A stretch of DNA of 64,000 bases from an uncultured delta proteobacterium (lineage in GTDB: Bacteria; Desulfobacterota; RBG-13-43-22): the NCBI GenBank assembly GCA_963802945.1, contig CAWDKY010000017.1, forward strand, positions 320,001-384,000, given 5' to 3'. The position numbers and the translations under genes were made by a program. Numbering within the stretch: the stretch's first letter is position 1; each line of letters starts with the position of its first letter. Of this stretch, positions 1 to 8,941 are shown one piece after another. A model generated the notes under the pieces. It did not search any database, had not been told where the DNA came from, and saw only the letters and a program-made list of their open reading frames with translations.

Positions 1-885
1 CTCTCGCGGGGGACTATAAATTTGATTGTGCCGGCCCAGATAGCAGGGATCATGATAAGTTACTTTGGCTTGGAATTTTGACAGGGCTATTTTTTTATCT
101 TCGATCAATCCGGCCAGGATTTCCGTAAAGTGAAAGACCTCAAAATTTCCTCTCAGTTTTGGGTAATCCTTCTTAAAGGTGTTCAGGGCATGAGGGTCCA
201 GGGTGATGATTTTTTTGACGTCCATTTTTTTGAATTCCATGATGTTATTTTCGGCCAATTGAGCAAAAAGCCCGGTCTCTCCCAGGACCTTGACCTCGTT
301 CCCGTCGCAGGTCTCCCGGTAGCCCAATATACCCACGGACAAGCCTACAGCAGAAAGCAGGCCCCCCACGTTGCGGGCCATCCTTTGTCCTACCTCATCA
401 TAAGACCCGACACAACCGACATAAAACAGATACTCCTGATTGGAAAATTCTTGCAATCCGGTTTCTTCGGCCCATTTCCCCCTGTCCTCTTGAGGCCGCT
501 TATAAGGGTTGCCGTTCACAGAAATGGCCTTGAAATAATCTCTGACCTGTGGGGGAATCTTCCCCTCATTGACCAATTCCGCTTTGGTCTCCTGAAAAAT
601 TTCCGGCAGATAATCCTTGAATCTCGGAAAAACGCACTGCTCCTTGCAGTTGTCGCAGGCGGCACAGGAGTAAAGGATTTCGGCAAAGTGAGAGCTTGTT
701 TCTATCTCTCCGTTGAGCCAAGCCCTGATGAGCCACATCCGGCCCCCTGGGGAATAGGTGTCCCACCCAAAGGCTTTATAGGATGGACAATTGAAGTCAA
801 CATAGTCTTCGGGGAACTTACAATATCCGCACCGAAAACAGCGATGAACGATCTCCGCGTGTTCTATTTCATGGACGTAGGCCAT
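1..885 (-). CDS. (Fe-S)-binding CCG-domain oxidoreductase subunit (GlcF/HdrD-like), 3' end outside the window; not in the ORF track
   Basis: Manual translation from ATG 885 (RBS GGAGG): MAYVHEIEHAEIVHRCFRCGYCKFP...NCP, second cluster CATCDNCKEQC, YVGC, and TYHDPCYLGRHN CCG motif near the window edge. Confidence 0.9.
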   Translation of the reverse strand, partial: MAYVHEIEHAEIVHRCFRCGYCKFPEDYVDFNCPSYKAFGWDTYSPGGRMWLIRAWLNGEIETSSHFAEILYSCAACDNCKEQCVFPRFKDYLPEIFQETKAELVNEGKIPPQVRDYFKAISVNGNPYKRPQEDRGKWAEETGLQEFSNQEYLFYVGCVGSYDEVGQRMARNVGGLLSAVGLSVGILGYRETCDGNEVKVLGETGLFAQLAENNIMEFKKMDVKKIITLDPHALNTFKKDYPKLRGNFEVFHFTEILAGLIEDKKIALSKFQAKVTYHDPCYLGRHNQIYSPPRE

Positions 886-886
886 A

Positions 887-2266
887 TCAATTCACCTCCC
901 AGTTGCCGGGATTCATGATACCCTGGGGATCCAGGTTTTTTTTGATCATCTGAAGCAACTTCCGCGTGTTGGGATCCATTTTTTCCAACGTCATCTTCTG
1001 TTCCATATAATTGGGCTTCCAGGGAATCCCTCCCATCTTTAAAGCAAATTCGGTTGCTTCTTCCAGGGCCGCCTTCACCCTGGCCATCATGGCTGGATCG
1101 GCCCGGTTAAAGGCAAAGGAGATGCTGAACATCATGGAATGCCCTCCGGAGATCACCCTGGCCGAACTGGCATACAGGACTTCGTATTTTTCCGCCAATT
1201 CGACAACCTTGGCAGCGTATTGGGGGAAGTGCTCAATCAAGGTTATGGGACCCGAATATTCGAATCCCCCTCCTCTGGGCACGTCGGCAAAGGCCGCGAC
1301 CCCTCTTTGGGGCATCTCCAAAAGGGTGTCTCTCAAAAACTCCAGACCCATGAATCCGCCGTCCTTTGAATCGATAAACTCCTGCACCGCATCCCAGATC
1401 ATCTTTCTTTTAAAGGCCACCTCTTCTTCCGTATCACCGGTAAAGTAGATGGTGATGTGATAATTATCCTTGAACAGTAACGGTCTGGGTTGAAACCAGA
1501 CATTGATATCTTCCAACATTTCTAGATGGGTGAGCTTGTACAGAATCTCCGAAACTAAATTTACCCTGTCGGTGACGAATAATTCGACCTCTCTCATTTT
1601 TTTGTTCGGGTAGAGTTTCAAGCCCACTTTGGTTAATATCCCGGTTGTGCCCAGCCAGCCCAAAAAGAGACCGGATAGGTCAGGGAGGGTCGGGCCTTTG
1701 GAAAACCAGTAAGGTCCCAATGAAGGGGATCCGACCTTGCAGATATCTCCTGTTGGCAGCACAACTTCCAGGCCGGTGACCATGTCGGAGTTGAAACCGT
1801 ACTGTTGGGTGAGCCGGCCCTGACCGTGAAGGGATACATTGGCAGCTATGGTCGTGGTGGGTGGTGCATCAGGAAGGCTGTGCCTCAGATGAGGATAATG
1901 ATCCTGCAAAAAGGCCTTCAGAACCCCCTGGGAAGTCCCCCCTTCGACCACGGCGTAGCGGGCCTTTTCATTCACTTCCAATATCTTGTTCATACGCTTC
2001 ATGTCCATGACGATGCCGCCCTTCAAGGGGATAACCAGACCAGTCAAGGACATGCCGTTTCCCATGGGTACGATGGGTATTTTTTCTCTTATGGCTAATT
2101 GGATCACCTTTTGGACCTGCTCGGTTGTTTTTGGAGCCACGACATAATCCGGGAGGTGCGGGGCCAATACCCCGGGGTCTCGTGAATAAAACCACAGTTC
2201 TTCGGGAGTATTAGAAACACCCCGTTCGCCGACTATTTCTCTGAGAGACTTCAATATCTCACTCAT
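887..2266 (-). CDS. FAD-binding oxidoreductase (GlcD / FAD_binding_4 family)
   Basis: PDYVVAP..EQVQKVIQLA..IPIVPMGNGMSLTG, GGIVMDMKRMNKILE, LEVVLPTGD, C-terminal DPQGIMNPG; likely start MSEILK at 2266, 1 nt after the upstream stop. Confidence 0.9.
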   Translation of the reverse strand: MSEILKSLREIVGERGVSNTPEELWFYSRDPGVLAPHLPDYVVAPKTTEQVQKVIQLAIREKIPIVPMGNGMSLTGLVIPLKGGIVMDMKRMNKILEVNEKARYAVVEGGTSQGVLKAFLQDHYPHLRHSLPDAPPTTTIAANVSLHGQGRLTQQYGFNSDMVTGLEVVLPTGDICKVGSPSLGPYWFSKGPTLPDLSGLFLGWLGTTGILTKVGLKLYPNKKMREVELFVTDRVNLVSEILYKLTHLEMLEDINVWFQPRPLLFKDNYHITIYFTGDTEEEVAFKRKMIWDAVQEFIDSKDGGFMGLEFLRDTLLEMPQRGVAAFADVPRGGGFEYSGPITLIEHFPQYAAKVVELAEKYEVLYASSARVISGGHSMMFSISFAFNRADPAMMARVKAALEEATEFALKMGGIPWKPNYMEQKMTLEKMDPNTRKLLQMIKKNLDPQGIMNPGNWEVN

Positions 2267-2267
2267 C

Positions 2268-3296
2268 TTACTCGGCCCCCCTTTCTTTTTCCCCGATGGC
2301 CATCTTGCATAGGTCAATGATATGGATCGGTTTTAAGCCTTTTTTTGACACCTTTTCCGACAGAGATGTCTGACAGGCCGGGCAGTTAAAGACACAATAC
2401 TTGGCCCCAACGCTTACCATGTCGGCGATGTTCTTCTGTTGGACATCATCCGCCAATTGATATCCGGCAACGGACCGGAGGATCTCGGCGCAACAAAGGG
2501 CATTTTCCTCTTGATAGATCCTGTCCGGCAGTTCAACGCCGATTAAATTCAGTATTTCCTTGACCAGATGGTGCTTGTCGGGAATTAACCGGTTGGAACA
2601 AGGGCGCTGATAGGCGGCCTTGATGTTGAGGGGCTTTATTTTATCTTTCAATTCCCTCAGCCTTTCCAACAAAAAATCCATATAGTAAACGGGTTTAAAG
2701 GGAACTTCCAATCCATAAGCCGGGGCGATGGAAGTGAACGTGCCGTAACATTCATCGTGGAGACAGATAACCTCTTTCACTCCCAGTTTCACAAAATTAT
2801 TGATGACTACCGGGAGTCGTTCTTTAATGACCGACATCTTGGCAAAATGACTGTGAACGGCCGGGCACATGAATTCGGCACCGAACACCATGGCCGAGGA
2901 TACCTCTTTGAAGATTTCTCCTGTACCCAATTCGCCGAGAGCCGGGATGAAACAGCAGGAGATGGCCTTGTCCTTAACAGCCCCGACCATCTGCTTACCC
3001 TGCATCAGGGTCATATTAATCCACTGATTGGTGATGGGTCTTGGGGCGGTGTAGATGCCCTTTTCTTCCCGACGCTCTTCGATGAGGTAGAAGGGATGAT
3101 TCCCTCTGGGGCAATATTCCTCACAGGCGTAACAGGTGACACATTCATGCAGCACACGGGAGTCTTCCCCCTTGACCACCTTCATCATCTCCTCGTGGGC
3201 TTCCTTGACGCCAAATTTCATGTATTGGCATTTCACAAGGCAGTCGGCCGTCGGGCAGACGACACAAACATTTTCATTAAATTTTAAGGCTGCCAT
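2268..3296 (-). CDS. (Fe-S)-binding protein with ferredoxin-like N-terminus and CCG domain
   Basis: CVVCPTADCLVKC, CVTCYACEEYCP, YQRPCSNR, LCCA, CVFNCPAC. Confidence 0.85.
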   Translation of the reverse strand: MAALKFNENVCVVCPTADCLVKCQYMKFGVKEAHEEMMKVVKGEDSRVLHECVTCYACEEYCPRGNHPFYLIEERREEKGIYTAPRPITNQWINMTLMQGKQMVGAVKDKAISCCFIPALGELGTGEIFKEVSSAMVFGAEFMCPAVHSHFAKMSVIKERLPVVINNFVKLGVKEVICLHDECYGTFTSIAPAYGLEVPFKPVYYMDFLLERLRELKDKIKPLNIKAAYQRPCSNRLIPDKHHLVKEILNLIGVELPDRIYQEENALCCAEILRSVAGYQLADDVQQKNIADMVSVGAKYCVFNCPACQTSLSEKVSKKGLKPIHIIDLCKMAIGEKERGAE

Positions 3297-3429
3297 GAAA
3301 ACCTCCTTGTGGTTATTCTGGAAAGAGTTTATTCCCTTACCCTTATTATCCTATCTTCCTTTATTCTTTTAAAAAAAACAAGAAAAACCCCGCCGGACAT
3401 GCACGAGGTTCTTCGATAGGGATTGTTAT

Positions 3430-3765
3430 TTATTCTTTGGTTTTCTGTTTTTCCAATTCTCCCAGCCGTTGCTCAATAGAGCTGAGGATGTCCCTCAGGG
3501 AAGAGGCTTCATCCTTAAGCTGAGAGGCTTCTTCTTCGCTGGTTGGGTTATAAAACGGAAAGAAACCCCGTCTCCAGGCCCTGGGCCTTAAAAAATAACT
3601 CCCCAGACCTAAGCCCATGCCCATGAGGCCCCGTCCCATTCCCCGGCCTCTTCCACACCAGCCGAATCCGAATGAATTCCGGAGCATGCCGCTTCCGCAG
3701 TAACCTCGGCCTCCACCTGTCATTGGTCCCATTCCCATAGGACCTGTTCGATCAAATCCTGGCAT
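3430..3765 (-). CDS. DUF5320-family Gly/Arg-rich small protein
   Basis: MPGFDRTGPMGMGPMTGGGRGYC...GRGRGMGRG plus C-terminal coiled coil; start moved to ATG 3765 after GGAGG. Confidence 0.85.
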   Translation of the reverse strand: MPGFDRTGPMGMGPMTGGGRGYCGSGMLRNSFGFGWCGRGRGMGRGLMGMGLGLGSYFLRPRAWRRGFFPFYNPTSEEEASQLKDEASSLRDILSSIEQRLGELEKQKTKE

Positions 3766-3901
3766 ATTACATCCCTCCTTCTTTGCCAGAATTGGCTCCC
3801 AAAGGGAACCAAGCTTTATTACTAAGTTCTCATGCCCCTTTGAAACATTGCAAAGCATGAAAATATTTTCACTAAACGACGAACGTTCTTTTTGTAATAC
3901 A

Positions 3902-4348
3902 TTATGACAATGTCTTTTCCCTTGAGCCATTAATATAATTCTCAAGGGCCTGTCGCAAGGTGTTCTGGGCCAATAAGGCGCAATGTCTTTCTTCTTCAGG
4001 AATTTGTTGAAACTGTTGCAAGATCGTTTCCTGATCAATATCCCCAGCCTCTTCTACGTCTTTCCCTTTGGCCAGGTCCGTAGCAATGGATGCGCAGGCC
4101 CGGCTGATGGCACACCCATTTACTTGGAATCGACTATCAATAATTTTGTTGCCCTGTATCTTAAGAGAAAACTCCATGGTATCTCCGCAGGGGCCGGTCA
4201 CCCGGGCATAACCATCCGGTTGCTCCATGGTTCCCTCATTGTATGAGGTAAAACCGGATTGGATAATTTTTTCGGAAAGGGATAGCTCTCTTTTCTCTTC
4301 TCCTTTGTAAGCAGACATGACTATAGTTTTGCTGTCACTTGAAGACAT
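3902..4348 (-). CDS. NifU/IscU-like Fe-S cluster scaffold
   Basis: GPCGDTM, GCAISRACAS, ERHCALLA (three conserved Cys). Confidence 0.9.
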   Translation of the reverse strand: MSSSDSKTIVMSAYKGEEKRELSLSEKIIQSGFTSYNEGTMEQPDGYARVTGPCGDTMEFSLKIQGNKIIDSRFQVNGCAISRACASIATDLAKGKDVEEAGDIDQETILQQFQQIPEEERHCALLAQNTLRQALENYINGSREKTLS

Positions 4349-4354
4349 CGCTGA

Positions 4355-5242
4355 TTAACCTCCCTTTTTTTCATTAAGCAATTGTTCTTGTATCTTTTTC
4401 AAGATATTTTCAATTTTTTTCCCCAGGCCGTTACGGCTCAATTCCGGGATGGTTTTCCCCTGGATCATGGCTTCGGTTACCACCGGGTCATAAGGGAGAT
4501 GCCCGGCCACTTCCAGGCCTTTATCCCGGCAATAGGTTTCAATCCGGTCGGACATCTCCTGATTCAGATCATATTTGTTGATGAGGACCGTACCTGGAAT
4601 CTTGAAATGACCGGCCAAATCGAGTACCCGGTTTAGATCATGCAGCCCTGAGAGGGTCGGTTCGGTGACGATCAAAACACCGTCTGCTCCGGTGAGTGAA
4701 GAAATGACCGGACAGCCGATGCCCGGCGGACCATCCACCAAAATCAAGGGCAGCCCTTTGGCCTCGGCTAGTTGCTGAGCTTTACCGCGGATAAGGGCCA
4801 CCAGCATCCCTGAATTCTCCTGTCCCGCGCCCAACTGGGCATGGACCATGGGTCCAAACCTCGTTTCGGAAACAAACCATTCCCCGCATAGGGCTAAAGG
4901 AAATTCTATGGCATCGACAGGGCAAAAATGGACACACACACCGCATCCTTCACAGGAGGTCGGGTCCACCCGAAAGTCTTCACTGATGGCCTCAAAACGG
5001 CAAGCTAACCGGCATTGCCCACACTCCGTGCATAATTCCTGGTTAATGACCGCCTTCCGTCCCCCCATGTATTCTTCCCGGCTTTTGATCTCGGGTGCAA
5101 GTAATAAATGCAGATCCGGGGCATCCACATCACAGTCGACCAGAACTTTATTCGGAACTATGGCGGCCAGGGCTCCCACCAGGCTGGTTTTGCCGGTGCC
5201 GCCTTTTCCACTTAAAACACATAATTCTTTTGGTTTATTCAT
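4355..5242 (-). CDS. MinD-superfamily P-loop ATPase with inserted 2x[4Fe-4S] ferredoxin (orp-type)
   Basis: SGKGGTGKT, DCDVDAPDL, CTECGQCRLAC, CEGCGVCVHFCP, DGPPGIGCP, VTEPT. Confidence 0.92.
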   Translation of the reverse strand: MNKPKELCVLSGKGGTGKTSLVGALAAIVPNKVLVDCDVDAPDLHLLLAPEIKSREEYMGGRKAVINQELCTECGQCRLACRFEAISEDFRVDPTSCEGCGVCVHFCPVDAIEFPLALCGEWFVSETRFGPMVHAQLGAGQENSGMLVALIRGKAQQLAEAKGLPLILVDGPPGIGCPVISSLTGADGVLIVTEPTLSGLHDLNRVLDLAGHFKIPGTVLINKYDLNQEMSDRIETYCRDKGLEVAGHLPYDPVVTEAMIQGKTIPELSRNGLGKKIENILKKIQEQLLNEKKGG

Positions 5243-6086
5243 TGGAATATTTTTCTATCGGTCCCTTGATTTTTTCAAAAAGAACTTGAAATTGTTCCTT
5301 CAACTCGGGACGTATTTCAACGAGCGATTGTCCCTTCGCATAACCTTCGGCAATCCGGCGTTCAAATGGTATTTCCATTAGTAAAGGGATTCCTTTGGAT
5401 TGCAGATAGGTCTTGGTCTCATTATTTCCAACGTCGGCCCGGTTCAGGATCACACCACAAGGAATATCTAAAGTTTTTAAAGCCGCTATGGCCAACTTTA
5501 AATCAAAAAGGCCGAAAGGAGTCGGTTCGGTCACCAGGATGGTATAATCCGATCCTTTGACGGTCTGGACCACAGGGCAGGAAGTCCCCGGTGGGGCATC
5601 CAGTATGGCCAATATGTCATTCTTAATCCGCTTTTTAACCTCCCGGATCAAAGGAGGAGACATGGGTTCCCCGACCCGCAGCCGGCCATGAACAAAATGA
5701 ATGGAACCGGTCCAGCCCTCCTCAATTTCTCCCAATTCTTTCTGTGAAGGGATCAAGGCCTTTGGCTCACAGACCAGAAAGCAACCACCACAGGCATGAC
5801 ACATTTCAGGAAACGTAATGATTGTTTCTCCCAACACCAGGATGGCTTTGAACTGGCACAACTTCGAACAGGCCCGGCAATAGGTGCATTTTTCTTCATC
5901 AACCTGCGGGATCTGGAGATAAACCGTCTCTTTTTTCTCCCAACGGGGTTTCATGAAAATGTGTCCGTTGGGGGCTTCTACATCACAATCTAAAAGCTGC
6001 ACCGGTTCTTTCAGGGACAAGGCCAGGGCCACAGCCACACTGGTTTTGCCTGTTCCGCCTTTGCCGCTGGCTACACTAATGATCAC
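5235..6086 (-). CDS. MinD-superfamily P-loop ATPase with inserted 2x[4Fe-4S] ferredoxin (paralog)
   Basis: SGKGGTGKT, DCDVEAPN, CTYCRACSKLC, CHACGGCFLVC, DAPPGTSCP. Confidence 0.92.
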   Translation of the reverse strand: MIISVASGKGGTGKTSVAVALALSLKEPVQLLDCDVEAPNGHIFMKPRWEKKETVYLQIPQVDEEKCTYCRACSKLCQFKAILVLGETIITFPEMCHACGGCFLVCEPKALIPSQKELGEIEEGWTGSIHFVHGRLRVGEPMSPPLIREVKKRIKNDILAILDAPPGTSCPVVQTVKGSDYTILVTEPTPFGLFDLKLAIAALKTLDIPCGVILNRADVGNNETKTYLQSKGIPLLMEIPFERRIAEGYAKGQSLVEIRPELKEQFQVLFEKIKGPIEKYSNE

Positions 6087-7323
6087 AAACGTTTTCTCCG
6101 GTAATCAAGGTTTGATTGATATAATGGGCAACCAATTCCTCCAGACCCAATTGCGGCGCCCCGGTTAATACCTTGATGCCCTGTTCATTGAAAAGGCTGA
6201 TCGCCCTCTGGCCCATGCCGCCGGCAATAATCAGATTAACCCCTTTTTCTCCCAACCAACGCGGCAGGAGGCCGGGTTCATGGGGAGGAGGGGTGACCAT
6301 TGTTTTATGGACAATGTTCTTCCCTTGTAAATCGATCAGGGCAAACTGTTCGCAGTGACCAAAATGATTACAAAGGATACCCTCAGCCATGGGGATGGCA
6401 ATCTTTACACTGTCAACTATTTGATTATTGGAATCCATTTCAGATATAACCTCCGTTATTGGTTTTATTATTTCCTTTCGGGCTTGGTTGGCTGTAAAGA
6501 CTATTTTATCGATAATACCCTCCAGGGCAGTTTTAACAGCCTGGGACAAGGCATGAAAAAGATAAGCCTCTCCTTGATCGCCCATTTCCATTAGCCGGAT
6601 ATCAAAAGGGATACTTCCCAAAAAGGGGACTTGCATTAAAACGGCCGTTTGTTTCCCCCCGCCTTTTTTGAATATGGCCGACTCCTGTCCGCAATGAGGA
6701 CAGATATAACCGCTCATGTTTTCCACCAATCCCAATATAGGCATTTTGACCTGACGGCAAAAATTGATGGATTTTCTGACATCGGATAAGGAGATCTCTT
6801 GGGGGGTGGTAACAATGATCGCCTGGGCATCTGGGATGGTCTGGGCCACGGTCAGGGGCTCATCGCCTGTTCCCGGCGGGGAATCGATGATCAAGAAATC
6901 CAAGTCGTCCCAAATGACATCGGCAAGGAACTGGCGAATGACACCGATTTTTACAGGCCCCCGCCAGATGGTTGGGGCATCCTTATCGGGCATCAGCACC
7001 TCAATAGAGATCATTTTTAAATTGGCATTTACAGGCACTGGAGAAATTCCCTTTTCCGGTTCAAAGGAGGCTAGGCCGCCACGTCCGAGCATCCGCGGGA
7101 TACTGGGACCATGGAGGTCCACGTCCATAAGTCCGACCTGAAAGCCTTTTTGAGCTAGTCCGGCGGCCAGGTTTACGGCCAAACTACTTTTCCCCACGCC
7201 CCCCTTTCCGCTCATGACCAATAATTTATTCTTAATCCGGGATAATGACTTGTTAATTAAGACATCCTCGGCCCTCCTCTGGGATTCGTGTTCCATATTG
7301 GAATCCTGCGCACAACCACTCAT
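6076..7323 (-). CDS. Mrp/NBP35 (ApbC) Fe-S carrier ATPase fused to a C-terminal NifB/NifX domain (MrpORP-like)
   Basis: SGKGGVGKS, DVDLHGPS, DSPPGTGDE, ENMSGYICPHC, then KIAIP..LCNHFGHCEQF..AGGMGQRA; likely start MSGCAQ at 7323. Confidence 0.92.
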   Translation of the reverse strand: MSGCAQDSNMEHESQRRAEDVLINKSLSRIKNKLLVMSGKGGVGKSSLAVNLAAGLAQKGFQVGLMDVDLHGPSIPRMLGRGGLASFEPEKGISPVPVNANLKMISIEVLMPDKDAPTIWRGPVKIGVIRQFLADVIWDDLDFLIIDSPPGTGDEPLTVAQTIPDAQAIIVTTPQEISLSDVRKSINFCRQVKMPILGLVENMSGYICPHCGQESAIFKKGGGKQTAVLMQVPFLGSIPFDIRLMEMGDQGEAYLFHALSQAVKTALEGIIDKIVFTANQARKEIIKPITEVISEMDSNNQIVDSVKIAIPMAEGILCNHFGHCEQFALIDLQGKNIVHKTMVTPPPHEPGLLPRWLGEKGVNLIIAGGMGQRAISLFNEQGIKVLTGAPQLGLEELVAHYINQTLITGENVCDH

Positions 7324-7530
7324 ATCTGAAACTCCTTTCAACTTTGTTTTTTGTTTTAAATTTTTCTTTATTTTCAAAAACTATTTTTCTCTAACACTCT
7401 TTTGTTTCTTACAGAGTTCACAGAGAGCACCGAGTTTGAGCCCCACCCCCGGAGGAGCGAGAGGTGGGCCCCCTTCAGGGGTGGGACTCGCCCGGCGTTT
7501 GCCGGAAAGGTATTTCTTTCTTTTTTATCT

Positions 7531-7737
7531 TTATTCCCGAACCATAGTGGTCCCGCAGTTGGGACATTTCTTTATATTGCAGGGAATCCCCCGGGCATGG
7601 GGGCTCTTCTGACCACATTTAGGGCAGACACAATTTCCGCCGGCTCCCATACCGGCACCCCTACCCATTCCTCGTCCTGATCCGAGACCTCCACCGGAAC
7701 CTTTTCCGGCCGGGCCGGTACCATCTCTTCTGGGCAT
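7531..7737 (-). CDS. Small Gly-rich protein with zinc-ribbon tail (DUF5320-like)
   Basis: MPRRDGTGPAGKG...CVCPKCG...GIPC...CPNCG; ATG 7737 after GGAGGAG. Confidence 0.8.
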   Translation of the reverse strand: MPRRDGTGPAGKGSGGGLGSGRGMGRGAGMGAGGNCVCPKCGQKSPHARGIPCNIKKCPNCGTTMVRE

Positions 7738-7830
7738 AACTCCTCCTATCTTTTTTGTGACTTGAGATGTTTCTCTGTTACTTTTGTTAATTCTGCAATC
7801 CGTATTCCGCAATCTAAAATTGAAGCTGGT

Positions 7831-8196
7831 TTATCCCCAATGCCCCTCAACATTAGGGGACTCGGCAAAGTTGAGTTTCCCTTGTTTATATTGATCAATA
7901 GCCTCCTGAACTTTCCCGGAAATTCCCACCGCCACTTTGATCCCGGCGGCCTGGAGCACTCTAAAGGCCTTGGGGCCGCAATTGCCGGTTAAGACCATCT
8001 TTGCCCCATGTTCCACAACCGTTTGAGCAGCCTGAATCCCGGCGCCTTGAGGCAATTGTAGGTTCTGTCTGTTTTCTAAAACCTCAAATTTCATTGTTTC
8101 CGGATCGACCAATAAGAAAAATCCGGCTCTTCCGAAACGAGGATCGATTTCAGAATCCAGGGTATTTCCTTTGGAACTGACAGCTATTTTCATCAT
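7831..8196 (-). CDS. NifB/NifX-family protein (Orange-protein-like)
   Basis: MKIAVSS..IDPRFGRAGFF..GAGIQAAQ..LTGNCGPKAF..PNVEGHW. Confidence 0.9.
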   Translation of the reverse strand: MMKIAVSSKGNTLDSEIDPRFGRAGFFLLVDPETMKFEVLENRQNLQLPQGAGIQAAQTVVEHGAKMVLTGNCGPKAFRVLQAAGIKVAVGISGKVQEAIDQYKQGKLNFAESPNVEGHWG

Positions 8197-8233
8197 TTCT
8201 TCCTTTTTTTTGAGATTACCTATCATATTTCCA

Positions 8234-8419
8234 TCACCCTTCTTTAATGGTGATTGCCCCTGTTTCACAGACCTCAATGCAACTCTCACAACCCAAACAC
8301 TCATCGGGATTGACTGCTACTGCCTTATTATCCCGAAGTTCAAAAACCTCAACCGGGCAGACCTCCACACAATTACCGTCGCCTATACATTTCTCGGTAT
8401 CTACTGCAACTATAAACAT
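8234..8419 (-). CDS. 2x[4Fe-4S] ferredoxin
   Basis: CIGDGNCVEVCP (Asp in place of one Cys) and CLGCESCIEVC. Confidence 0.88.
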   Translation of the reverse strand: MFIVAVDTEKCIGDGNCVEVCPVEVFELRDNKAVAVNPDECLGCESCIEVCETGAITIKEG

Positions 8420-8772
8420 CCTCTTCGCCTCCCTTGTCTTTTCCTTGCCCGGCAACAGGGCACATTCAATTTTCCTCCCAAGTATTCTTCAATGATGATA
8501 TCCACTTCCCCGTAAAGGGGATAGGCCACCTGGATTCCGAAACGATTCAATCCATTTCTGTCTTCAAGGCGAATACCGCCGCAGATCAATTGTCTTATGC
8601 CCAATCGTTTTAAATAAATTATTTTTTCATCCGGCGGCCAGTCGCTGATATCCAGCTCTCTTTTTTCCACCAGTTGGTCTTTCTCAATTTCCAGGACCAA
8701 TAACTTCCTGGCACAGTCCAGCCGTGGAGAGATGCGATCTAAAAAAATTGGGATTGCCACTTTCATCATCAT
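8410..8772 (-). CDS. NifB/NifX-family protein
   Basis: MKVAIPIF.DRISPRLDCA..LICGGI. Confidence 0.85.
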   Translation of the reverse strand: MMMKVAIPIFLDRISPRLDCARKLLVLEIEKDQLVEKRELDISDWPPDEKIIYLKRLGIRQLICGGIRLEDRNGLNRFGIQVAYPLYGEVDIIIEEYLGGKLNVPCCRARKRQGRRRGCL

Positions 8773-8792
8773 CAGTCCTCTCCTATTATCAA

Positions 8793-8809
8793 TTCAAGAA
8801 GGATGCCAA
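8793..8809 (-). promoter_or_regulatory. Putative sigma-54 -24/-12 promoter of the orp-like operon
   Basis: Minus strand TTGGCATCCTTCTTGAA (TGGCA-N6-TTGa; -12 GC replaced by GA) about 20 nt upstream of the first gene, next to a sigma-54 activator gene. Confidence 0.6.
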
Positions 8810-8877
8810 GAGATCACCTGATTATATATTCTAATAAAATGAAATGGTTATGGTGAGGCAACGAGAATTAGAGGTTT

Positions 8878-8930
8878 AATGAAACTATTGCAAAATGCAA
8901 TAGTTTCATTGCAAAATTGCAATTTACAAT
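8878..8930. promoter_or_regulatory. Putative upstream activator sites for the sigma-54 regulator
   Basis: Inverted repeat AATGAAACTATTGCA-AAA-TGCAATAGTTTCATT followed by further TTGCA..TGCAA/TACAA units, about 70-120 bp upstream of the -24 box. Confidence 0.6.
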
Positions 8931-8941
8931 CTGAGAGAGAA

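Noticed and set aside
130-918. 262-aa plus-strand ORF
   Set aside because: Antisense shadow of the real minus-strand Fe-S gene (885 to <1)
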